From Macrostomum lignano (lineage: Eukaryota), in NCBI GenBank assembly GCA_002269645.1, contig NIVC01002928.1, positions 9,129 through 73,128 of the forward strand: a DNA stretch of 64,000 nucleotides. The letters are read 5' to 3'. The stretch's first letter is position 1; every line of letters starts with the position of its first letter. Positions 1 through 12,332 of the stretch are shown in pieces. A program made the translations under genes and the position numbers. The notes under the pieces were generated by a model, which was not told the DNA's origin, searched no databases, and saw nothing but the letters and a program-made list of their open reading frames with translations.

Positions 1-975
1 CTGTGGTAGCTTATGGGGTAGATTCTCTATGGTAGTTTATGGGGTAGATTCTCTATGGTAGTTTATGGGGTAGATTCTCTATGGTAGTTTATGGGGTAGA
101 TTCTCTGTGGTAGCTTATGGGGTAGATTCTCTATGGTAGTTTATGGGGTAGATTCTCTATGGTAGTTTATGGGGTAGATTCTCTGTGGTAGTTTATGGGG
201 TAGATTCTCTGTGGTAGTTTATGGGGTAGATTCTCTGTGGTAGTTTATGGGGTAGATTCTCTGTGGTAGTTTATGGGGTAGATTCTCTATGGTAGTTTAT
301 GGGGTAGATTCTCTGTGGTAGTTTATGGGGCAGATTCTCTGTGGTAGTTTATGGGGCAGATTCTCTGTGGTAGTTTCTGGGGTAGATTCTCTGTGGTAGT
401 TTATGGGGTAGATTCTCTATGGTAGTTTATGGGGTAGATTCTCTGTGGTAGCTTATGGGGTAGATTCTCTATGGTAGTTTATGGGGTAGATTCTCTATGG
501 TAGTTTATGGGGTAGATTCTCTGTGGTAGTTTATGGGGTAGATTCTCTGTGGTAGTTTATGGGGTAGATTCTCTGTGGTAGTTTATGGGGTAGATTCTCT
601 GTGGTAGTTTATGGGGTAGATTCTCTGTGGTAGTTTATGGGGTAGATTCTCTGTGGTAGTTTATGGGGTAGATTCTCTATGGTAGTTTATGGGGTAGATT
701 CTCTGTGGTAGTTTATGGGGCAGATTCTCTGTGGTAGTTTATGGGGTAGATTCTCTGTGGTAGTTTATGGGGTAGATTCTCTGTGGTAGTTTATGGGGTA
801 GATTCTCTATGGTAGTTTATGGGGCAGATTCTCTGTGGTAGTTTATGGGGCAGATTCTCTATGGTAGTTTATGGGGCAGATTCTCTGTGGTAGTTTATGG
901 GGTAGATTCTCTGTGGTAGTTTCTGGGGTAGATTCTCTGTGGTAGTTTATGGGACAGATTCTCTGTGGTAGTTTG
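1..975. repeat. 26-bp minisatellite (ctctgtggtagtttatggggtagatt), about 37 copies, in Dicer intron 10
   Basis: Direct tandem periodicity; ends a few nt from the donor site at 982. Confidence 0.95.
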
Positions 976-982
976 TACTCAC

Positions 983-3251
983 CAGGACTTTGTCCCCCTG
1001 TCCTGCAGCCGCTGTACCAGAACTCCAGGCTTCAGCACGTCGCGATTGGCAGCGACCTCCACAATGGCCGGTCCAATCAGTGGGTCCGGGCTGGTCAGGT
1101 GGCTGAGCAGGTCCCAGTCTATACTGCCATTGGGCTGGTTGTCTAAATCGCTCCGAACCACCGCAATCAGCTGACAGATGGGCTCCACAGCTCCGTCTGG
1201 GTGCTCTGATTCTGCCTCATTGGGGCTGTCATGGGGAAGGAAGTCAATTTAATTATTATTAAACCGATATGTTTCGTACAACACGTTTTTTAGGGAAACA
1301 AAAACTGTTTATACTAGGGAGGGTTGAAGCCTAGTGGTTAGAGCGTCGGACTCACGGCTGAAAGGTCGGGGGTTCGATTTCTTTCTGCCCGTCGAACTAC
1401 TAAGGGAAGATTTTGAGAGAACTAAAGAGACTAGCTAAGGATGTCCGGCAGTTTAGGTTTGCCCCATTATTGAGAAGCTTGATAAAAAAATCTGACATAG
1501 TCGCAACAGGACGTTCATAGTCGTCTGGTGTCCTCTTTTGAAGGTTCAGAAGCACCGCCTGGGTAAAAAGCCAGTGACCAAGAAAGTCAGAGCTGATGCA
1601 AACTGTTTTACTGTTAATTTATGGAGGGCTGAAGCAACTATTAATTGAGATTCCTAAGAACATGTCTACCATCATCCGCGTGCTGTTCAGAGTAATAATA
1701 ATGATAATGATAATAATAATTGATTATTATCAGCTGTGACAGTAAATCTTCAGATCTGCCTTAGTGAGCAGATGTGCAACCGACAGCTCAGCCGCAGCTA
1801 TTGCGCGGTGCATCTGAAGGCTGCGTACGGCTGTTCAGTCCAAGGACTGGGGGGTCGCCACACACAGCCTCAATTACCCCAGCTAATGCTGGCACCCATT
1901 TTACAGCTGGGAGAACTGAAGCAATGCAGAGTTGAGTTGTCTTGCTCAAGGATACAAATTGTTCCAGTAGGATCGGGAATCGAACCCCCGACCTTCCAGT
2001 CGTGAGTCTGACGCTCCAACCACTAGGCTACAACCCCCCTTCCTCCTCCCTTCCTTCCGGACGCACCCGCCGCCGCTAGGAGGCCAATAAAATCTCAGGC
2101 CCTTCATCTGCACCGGCTCGTGCCACCGCAGCATCAGGCGGGTCAGAGGCGCCTGGGCGGCAACCAGCTGGGCCAGTTGACCCTCCGTCAGCCTCAGCGC
2201 CTGGCCGGGTCCTGGACGGAATTCGGCCGGCTCGCATCCGAGAAACAGCGGAAAAGCGAGGCTGTCGGGTAGCGGAGCGCCGCAGGTAAGCAGGGCGGGC
2301 TGCCAGTCGCAGGGGGGCAGGTGAAGGCCCGGCAGCTTCACGTCCAGCCTGTGACAGTAGAACAGTGGAGCTGCTGTTGAGGTGTGGCTGTCGCTGCCAC
2401 TGTCGAAGGCAATCTGGTGCCCGATGGCAGCTGAGGAGCTGCTGGCTCTGGCGACGGGTTTCGGCAGCCAGGCGTGACGGCCGCGCGTGCCCTGCAAGGC
2501 ATGAGACGTGTGGAGAATTTGTGCTGTACAAATCTTGGTGAAGGGGGATTTCAAGCAAGTGAATCTGGGGCCGTGGAGTCGTGGAATCTCGGAAAGATGG
2601 AATTTTGGAGAATCTCCGGAAAGAGGGAATTTCGGAGAACCTCGAAAAGAGAGAATTTTATAAGAATCTTGGGAAGGGGGAATTAAGAGAATCTTGGGAA
2701 GGGGGAATTAAGAGAATCTTGGGAATGGGGAATTAAGAGAATCTTGGGAAGGGGGAATTAAGAGAATCTTGGAGAGGAAATTTAGGAAAACCTTGAAAAG
2801 AGGAGATTTAGAAGAATCTAAGAAATAGGGAAATTCCGAGAATATTGAAAGGTGAATTTCTGAAAAAGCTTTTAAAGGCAATAGACAGTGGTTTTGGAAA
2901 ATCAATCTCAGTGTCACCTGTCCCGGCTCGTAGCTGCGCAGTTCTTCCACGGCGCAGCGAGCCTCCCGCTCACTCGGCAGCAGGTGATCGTCCAGTTCGC
3001 CCGTCTTGTGCAGGAGGCGCACCGCCTCCAGAGCGGCAGATCGTCTGGCATCATCGGCGGAGAGTCGGTCACCCCGGCACTGCACCGGCTGCACAATGGG
3101 GCAGGGCCTGGGCAGGAACAGGCGGCAGCGATAGCGGCCCGAGGTTGGGTTCAGCGCGGTGTCGAAGTACGGCGATGGGGGCCTGGTGCAGCCCATGGAG
3201 GCCAGCCTAGTGGTGTACCTAAGCGGTTGGAGAATCAGTCGGATGTTACTG

Positions 3252-3300
<49 letters not shown>

Positions 3301-3329
3301 GCTTGTCTGTCTGTCTGTCTGTCTGTCTG

Positions 3330-3390
<61 letters not shown>

Positions 3391-3552
3391 GTCTGTCTGT
3401 CTGTCTGTCTGTCTGTCAGTCAGTCTGTCTGCTTGTCTGTCTGTCTGTCAGTCAGTCTGTCTGCTTGTCTGTCTGCCTGTCTGTCTGTCTGTCTGTGTCT
3501 GTCTGTCTGTCTGTCAGTCAGTCTGTCTGCTTGTCTGTCTGTCTGTCAGTCA

Positions 3553-3596
<44 letters not shown>

Positions 3597-6500
3597 GCAT
3601 GTCTGTCTGCCTGTCTGTCTGTCTGTCTGTCTGCATGTCTGTCTGCCTGCCTGTCTGTCTGTCTGTCTGTCTTTGTCTTTTATAAAAACTGCAGGTCGGC
3701 AGTCATGTCAGAGCACACACCGGTTAATCAGGCTCACGGCAGTCTTCAGCCCGACTTTGGCTCCGGTAGAGGCCACTTCGTAATAAGCCGGGTGATCGCT
3801 CCGGACGCTCAGGTCCAGCGGTGCGGCGCCTTCGCTGGCGTCAGCTGTTGAAGCCGTCGCCCCTGATTCGTCGGGCTGAATGGATTAAGAAGAAGTGCAG
3901 ATCCATGACTCAACAGTCGCCTCTCCGTCGCTTTATAGCCGCTTCAGTCATTAAAAAGTTACAAGAGTCGCCCCAGAGTCTCTAGGGTCACCAGTGAGTT
4001 GTTAGCAATGACTCTTTAGCGATTCTTGTCACTGTAACGTTCTCAAAGGAGATATTCTAGACCATTTAAACTCATTTTAATACAGAGAATCGAATTCAAA
4101 ACAATCCCTATCTCATAGTCATATCCCAAACCAAAAGCGATTGCCTCCATTATCATTTCATTCCTTTTCTTAGCACCAGAGGCGCCAGCACCAGAGGCGC
4201 CAGCACCAGAGGCGCCAGCACCAGAGGCGCCAGCACCAGAGGCACCAGCACCAGAGGCGCCAGCACCAGAGGCGCCAGCACCAGAGGCGCCAGCACCAGA
4301 GGCGCCAGCACCAGAGGCGCCAGCACCAGAGGCGCCAGCACCAGAGGCGCCAGCACCAGAGGCGCCAGCACCAGAGGCGCCAGCACCAGAGGCGCCAGCA
4401 CCAGAGGCGCCAGCACCAGAGGCGCCAGCACCAGAGGCGCCAGCACCAGAGGCGCCAGCACCAGAGGCGCCAGCACCAGAGGCGCCAGCACCAGAGGCGC
4501 CAGCACCAGAGGCGCCAGCACCAGAGGCGCCAGCACCAGAGGCGCCAGCACCAGAGGCGCCAGCACCAGAGGCGCCAGCACCAGAGGCGCCAGCACCAGA
4601 GGCGCCAGCACCAGAGGCGCCAGCACCAGAGGCGCCAGCACCAGAGGCGCCAGCACCAGAGGCGCCAGCACCAGAGGCGCCAGCACCAGAGGCGCCAGCA
4701 CCAGAGGCGCCAGCACCAGAGGCGCCAGCACCAGAGGCGCCAGCACCAGAGGCGCCAGCACCAGAGGCGCCAGCACCAGAGGCACCAGCACCAGAGGCAC
4801 CAGCACCAGAGGCGCCAGCACCAGAGGCGCCAGCACCAGAGGCGCCAGCACCAGAGGCGCCAGCACCAGAGGCGCCAGCACCAGAGGCGCCAGCACCAGA
4901 GGCGCCAGCACCAGAGGCGCCAGCACCAGAGGCGCCAGCACCAGAGGCGCCAGCACCAGAGGCGCCAGCACCAGAGGCGCCAGCACCAGAGGCACCAGCA
5001 CCAGAGGCGCCAGCACCAGAGGCACCAGCACCAGAGGCGCCAGCACCAGAGGCGCCAAAGCGAGTGTCTTACCTCAGAGTCCTCATCCGACATGGCATCA
5101 AAAGCGGCCCGCATTTTAAGCAGGCTGCGTTGAACCGCTTCGTCCAGCCACTGATAATAGACCAGCTTGGACTTGCAGTCGTTCTCCTCGTCCTCATTTA
5201 CCAGCATAACGTAACGCGACTTAACAGCTCTGGCGCGTCCTTTCGACTGGACGTAGGAACGAAACTCTGGCGGGAAGTTGAACTTCACGACCAGATTGCA
5301 CTGCCGGACGTTCATGCCTTCCTCGATGACTCGGGTGGCAATGAGTGTGTTGACTTCTCCTGTGCGGAACTGCTTGAGCACGCGGTCCTGCTGGGATAGA
5401 GACATCGCCACCTGGTTTGACTGCTCGCTGGACAGGCCGTGACCGGTGACGAACTCAGGCCGGAGGAAGCTCAGGTCGCTTTTGTAGCCGGTCATCTTTT
5501 AATTGGCGTAGCAACAAAACTCGACAGTTATTTTAGGCTATTTCCAGATCCCCGATGCTTGATTTCCAAATCCCAAATACCAGATGCTTGATTTTCAAGT
5601 CCCAAATATCAGATGCTTGATTTCCTGATCCCAAATACCAGATGCTTAATTCCAGATCCCAAATACCAGATGCTTGATTCGAGATCCCAGATCTCAGATG
5701 CTAGATCCCAAACACTAGATGCTTGATTCCAGATCCCAAATACCAGATGCTTGATTCCAGATCCCAAATACCAGATGCTTGATTCCAGATCCCAAATACC
5801 AGATGCTTGATTCCAGATCCCAAATACCAGATGCTTGATTCGAGATCCCAGATCTCAGATGCTAGATCCCAAACACTAGATGCTTGATTCCAGATCCCAA
5901 ATACCAGATGCTTGATTCGAGATCCCAGATCTCAGATGCTAGATCCCAAACACTAGATGCTTGATTCCAGATCCCAAATACCAGATGCTTGATTCGAGAT
6001 CCCAGATCTCAGATGCTAGATCCAAAATACTAGATGCTTGATTCCAGATCCCAAATACCAGATGCTTGATTCGAGATCCCAGATCTCAGATGCTAGATCC
6101 CAAACACTAGATGCTTGATTCCAGATCTCAAATACCAGATGCTTGATTCCAGATCCCAAATACCAGATGCTTGATTCGAGATCCCAGATCTCAGATGCTA
6201 GATCCCAAACACTAGATGCTTGATTCCAGATCTCAAATACCAGATGCTTGATTCCAGATCCCAAATACCAGATGCTTGATTCGAGATCCCAGATCTCAGA
6301 TGCTAGATCCCAAACACTAGATGCTTGATTCCAGATCTCAAATACCAGATGCTTGATTCCAGATCCCAAATACCAGATGCTTGATTCGAGATCCCAGATC
6401 TCAGATGCTAGATCCCAGACACTAGATGCTTGATTCCAGATCCCAAATACCAGATGCTTGATTCCAGATCCCAAATACCAGATGCTTGATTCGAGATCCC

Positions 6501-9500
6501 AGATCTCAGATGCTAGATCCCAAACACTAGATGCTTGATTCCAGATCTCAAATACCAGATGCTTGATTCCAGATCCCAAATACCAGATGCTTGATTCGAG
6601 ATCCCAGATCTCAGATGCTAGATCCCAAACACTAGATGCTTGATTCCAGATCTCAAATACCAGATGCTTGATTCCAGATCTCAAATACCAGATGCTTGAT
6701 TCCAGATCCCAAATACCAGATGCTTGATTCGAGATCCCAGATCTCAGATGCTAGATCCCAAACACTAGATGCTTGATTCCAGATCTCAAATACCAGATGC
6801 TTGATTCCAGATCCCAAATACCAGATGCTTGATTCGAGATCCCAAATACCAGATGCTTGATTCGAGATCCCAGATCTCAGATGCTAGATCCCAAACACTA
6901 GATGCTTGATTCCAGATCTCAAATACCAGATGCTTGATTCCAGATCCCAAATACCAGATGCTTGATTCGAGATCCCAGATCTCAGATGCTAGATCCCAAA
7001 CACTAGATGCTTGATTCCAGATCTCAAATACCAGATGCTTGATTCCAGATCCCAAATACCAGATGCTTGATTCGAGATCCCAGATCTCAGATGCTAGATC
7101 CCAAACACTAGATGCTTGATTCCAGATCTCAAATACCAGATGCTTGATTCCAGATCCCAAATACCAGATGCTTGATTCGAGATCCCAGATCTCAGATGCT
7201 AGATCCCAAACACTAGATGCTTGATTCCAGATCTCAAATACCAGATGCTTGATTCCAGATCCCAAATACCAGATGCTTGATTCGAGATCCCAGATCTCAG
7301 ATGCTAGATCCCAAACACTAGATGCTTGATTCCAGATCTCAAATACCAGATGCTTGATTCCAGATCCCAAATACCAGATGCTTGATTCGAGATCCCAGAT
7401 CTCAGATGCTAGATCCCAAACACTAGATGCTTGATTCCAGATCTCAAATACCAGATGCTTGATTCCAGATCCCAAATACCAGATGCTTGATTCCAGATCT
7501 CAAATATCAGATGCTTGATTCCAGATCCCAAATACCAGATGCTTGATTCCAGATCCCAAATACCAGATGCTTGATTCCAGATCCCAAATACCAGATGCTT
7601 GATTCCAGATCCCAAATACCAGATGCTTGATTCCAGATCCCAAATACCAGATGCTTGATTCCAGATCCCAAATACCAGATGCTTGATTCCAGATCCCAAA
7701 TACCAGATGCTAGATTGCAAAGACGAACTTGCACACAAACAGTAACTGCACCAACCTCGCACATGAACTCCTTCACAGCCATCGCAATGACCCGCTCCTG
7801 TGTGAACACCACGGCTCTGAAAGCCTCACCATCCGGCAGTTCTTTGTGATGTTTTATCAGCGAATCCATCAGCTTCAGACACTTCTCCGAGCACAGATCC
7901 TCAGGAGTCTGGGCTGATAGCGCCTTCAGCTTGTACTGCTCAGATGCATCCAGCAGAATCTGTTGCGTCTCTTTTAAAGCGTCCTGCTCTTCCGGTTTCA
8001 GCGGCCCGGATGCGCCCTGAATGACATCGCTCAGCTCCTTGACATACATCTGCATCACCCGGAAGCAGCAGAAGTGGCCGAGCTCTTTCAGCGAGCTCAG
8101 CGAATCCGACAGGGCTCGGTGGCATCTGCGAAACGGCGACTCGCTTGAGCCTGAGCCTGGGGCTGGCGATTCGAATTTGAAATGCGGAAATGTTATTCAC
8201 ACAAAATATAGAATACAGTACTCGTATATACCAGCGCTAGGGCGGCAATTCTGAACTGGTTATCCCAGTGTCTAATCCTCCACAGGTTTGGATTATCCCA
8301 GTGTCTAATCCTCCACAGGTTTGGATTATCCCAGTGTCTAATCCTCCACAGGTTTGGATTATCCCAGTGTCTAATCCTCCACAGGTTTGGATTATCCCAG
8401 TGTCTAATCCTCCACAGGTTTGGATTATCCCAGTGTCTAATCCTCCACAGGTTTGGATTATCCCAGTGTCTAATCCTCCACAGGTTTGGATTATCCCAGT
8501 GTCTAATCCTCCACAGGTTTGGATTATCCCAGTGTCTAATCCTCCACAGGTTTGGATTATCCCAGTGTCTAATCCTCCACAGGTTTGGATTATCCCAGTG
8601 TCCAATCCTCCACAGGTTTGGATTATCCCAGTGTCTAATCCTCCACAGGTTTGGATTATCCCAGTGTCTAATCCTCCACAGGTTTGGATTATCCCAGTGT
8701 CTAATCCTCCACAGGTTTGGATTATCCCAGTGTCTAATCCTCCACAGGTTTGGATTATCCCAGTGTCTAATCCTCCACAGGTTTGGATTATCCCAGTGTC
8801 TAATCCTCCACAGGTTTGGATTATCCCAGTGTCTAATCCTCCACAGGTTTGGATTATCCCATTGTCTAATCCTCCACAGGTTTGGATTATCCCAGTGTCT
8901 AATCCTCCACAGGTTTGGATTATCCCAGTGTCGAATCCTCCACAGGTTTGGATTATCCCAGTGTCTAATCCTTCAAAAATTTGGATTATCCCAGTGTCTA
9001 ATCTTTAAAAAGATCGAATTATTTCAGTGTCTAATCCACAACAATATCGGATTATCCCAGTGTCTAATCCACAACAGGATCGGATTATCATAGTGTCTAA
9101 TATTTCATAGCATTGGATTATCCCAGTGTCTAATCCTCCCTAGCATCGGATTAACCCAGTGACTAATCCTTTATAGGATCGGATTATCCTAGTGTCTAAT
9201 CCCCCATAGGATCGGATTATTTCAGTGTCTAATCCCCCATAGGATCGGATTATCCCAGTGTTTAATCCTTTATAGAATCATATTCTTAAAAAACTCAACA
9301 AACGTGACCTTAAGCCGAATTGATCAGCAATATTTGGTGATGCAATGCTTCACATGACTTCAAACCCATCTGATTAAATATGATTAATAATTTGATCTGA
9401 AGCGACTAACCGGAGCTCCGACCCCTCGAACTCCGACCCGAATTAGCTCTGCCGTTATCTAATCGCTGTTTAGCGTCAGCCAGGGAGCGGCACAGCAGCA

Positions 9501-12283
9501 GGTAGATCGGGTCGCTGATGGTCTCGGACTTCTCCTCCTCAGTGCTGTACAGCGGCTTGTAGAGCAGCGTCTCTTCGCTGCAGCGGAGTCGAAATCCTTC
9601 GGCCTCCTGGTGGGTGGAGGTGACGATGCGAGCGTCCAGCATCTTCCGCTGCAGTTCATCAAGTCGCTCCTGAAATGTCGCAACAGGTAGGTTAAAAAAT
9701 TCACTTTTAGGGCTTAGAAATTAAGCTAGAACAATAGAAATGGGCAAATAGGCAGGGCCTAGAATAGTATAAGCAGCGTAGCAACGGAGGGGTGGACATA
9801 CATGATCTTGAAGCCCACGGTGTTTTTGTTTGTTTGGAGGCAGAAGATCGCATTATATCACTCAGTCATTAGGACTCAGGATTCTCAGCACCTAATAATT
9901 CATAAGATCGGATTATCCCAGTGTCTAATCCTTCATAAGATTGGATCATCCCAGTGTCTAACCCTCCATAGCAACGGATTATCCCTGTATCTAAAACGTT
10001 AAAGAATCGGATTATCCCAGAGTCTAATCCTTCCTAGGATCGGATTATCCCAGAGTCTAATCCTTCCTAGGATCGGATTATCCCAGAGTCTAATCCTTCC
10101 TAGGATCGGATTATCCCAGAGTCTAATCCTTCATAAGATTGGATTATCCCAGTGTCTAACCCTCCATAGCAACGGATTATCCCTGTATCTAAAACGTTAA
10201 AGAATCGGATTATCCCAGAGTCTAATCCTTCCTAGGATCGGATTATCCCAGAGTCTAATCCTTCCTAGGATCGGATTATCCCAGAGTCTAATCCTTCCTA
10301 GGATCGGATTATCCCAGAGTCTAATCCTTCATAAGATTGGATCATCCCAGTGTCTAACCCTCCATAGCAACGGATTATCCCTGTATCTAAAACGTTAAAG
10401 AATCGGATTATCCCAGAGTCTAATCCTTCCTAGGATCGGATTATCCCAGAGTCTAATCCTTCCTAGGATCGGATTATCCCAGAGTCTAATCCTTCCTAGG
10501 ATCAGATTATCCCAGTGTCTAATACATTAAAGCATCGGATTATCACACTATCTAATCCCTACCTGCAGCTTGTTCCGCTTGATGTTGCCATTAAACAGAC
10601 AGGCGGTAAGGCCAACCAGCCGCATTCCAGTCCGATCCCAGCCTTTCTGAGACATCTCCAACAGGCGCTGACAGATTGCGGCATAGGCATCGCCCTTGTC
10701 AAGGTGATGACACTCGTCCAGAACTAGCAGAGACACCCAGTGAGGCCTGGCCTTGGCGTGGTTGAGAAGGTCCTTGAAAATGTCGGCAGTCATCACCAGG
10801 ACCCGGTGCTGCTCAAACATCTGACGCCATTTGTCGCCTGCCCAGAGGTCGATCATTTCGCCGCCCATGTCGCCAATGAATTCGCCAACGTCCTTGGAAT
10901 CTTGGGCGGTGAACAGGCAGCGGCGAATCTCTGCGGCCTGCTGGCGGACCAGCGGCACTGGAGAGCAGCAGAAACAGGTGGCTGAGTGAGGGCTGAGGTG
11001 GCTGAGTGAGGGCTGAGGTGGCTGAGTGAGGGCTGAGGTGGCAGAGTGAGGGCTGAGGTGGCTGAGTGAGGGCTGAGGTGGCTGAGTGAGGGCTGAGGTG
11101 GCTGAGTGAGGGCTGAGGTGGCTGAGTGAGGGCTGGGGTGGCTGACTGAGGGCTTTGGTGGATGAGTGAGGGCTGAGGTGGCTGAGTGAGGGCTGGGGTG
11201 GCTGACTGAGGGCTGAGGTGGCTGAGTGAGGGCTGGGGTGGCTGACTGAGGGCTTTGGTGGATGAGTGAGGGCTGAGGTGGCTGAGTGAGGGCTGAGGTG
11301 GCTAAGTGAGAGCTGAGTTGGCTGAGTGAGAGCTGAGTTGGCTGAGGGCTGGGGTGGCTGACTGAGGGCTTTAGTGGATGAGTGAGGGCTGAGGTGGCTG
11401 AGTGAGGGCTGAGGTGGCAGAGTGAGGGCTGAGGTGGCTGAGTGAGGGCTGAGGTGGCTGAGTGAGGGCTGAGGTGGCTGAGTGAGGGCTGAGGTGGCTG
11501 AGTGAGGGCTGGGGTGGCTGACTGAGGGCTTTGGTGGATGAGTGAGGGCTGAGGTGGCTGAGTGAGGGCTGGGGTGGCTGACTGAGGGCTGAGGTGGCTG
11601 AGTGAGGGCTGGGGTCAGTGGGGTGGCTGACTGAGGGCTTTGGTGGATGAGTGAGGGCTGAGGTGGCTGAGTGAGGGCTGAGGTGGCTGAGTGAGGGCTG
11701 AGGTGGCTGAGTGAGAGCTGAGTTGGCTGAGGGCTGGGGTGGCTGACTGAGGGCTTTAGTGGATGAGTGAGGGCTGAGGTGGCTGAGTGAGGGCTGAGGT
11801 GGCTGAGTGAGGGCTGAGGTGGCTGAGTGAGAGCTGAGTTGGCTGAGGGCTGGGGTGGCTGACTGAGGGCTTTGGTGGATGAGTGAGGGCTGAGGTGGCT
11901 GAGTGAGGGCTGAGGTGGCTGAGTGAGGGCTGAGGTGGCTAAGTGAGAGCTGAGTTGGCTGAGGGCTGGGGTGGCTGAGTGAGGGCTTTGGTGGCTAAGT
12001 CAAGATTGGGTTTGTCAGTTCGCCTACCCTAAAAAAGGACTTTATAAACAAATACTAGAAGGCCAACTCACCATTCTTCACCAGAAACACACACCGTTGA
12101 CCGCCCTTGTCCAATTCAATTCGAGAGTTGGCCAGATAATACCGAATAAGCATAACGGAGATGAAAGTCTTGCCGCTGCCCGTGTCAAGCTTCACTATGA
12201 TGTTGCGCTTGATGCCTTCGCTGGCGATGTCAATCTGAGGCGGGGGCAGTTAGGCAGGCAGATGCAGATGGACAGAGAGACAA

Positions 12284-12332
<49 letters not shown>

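Noticed and set aside
1318-1380. tRNA gene
   Set aside because: A and B boxes are present but there is no 3' acceptor stem; matches the SINE head seen twice elsewhere.
8255-10560. CRISPR-like array (33-bp period, palindromic core, variable linker)
   Set aside because: Linkers are only about 11 nt and related to each other, there are no unique spacers or cas genes, and the array lies in eukaryotic introns.
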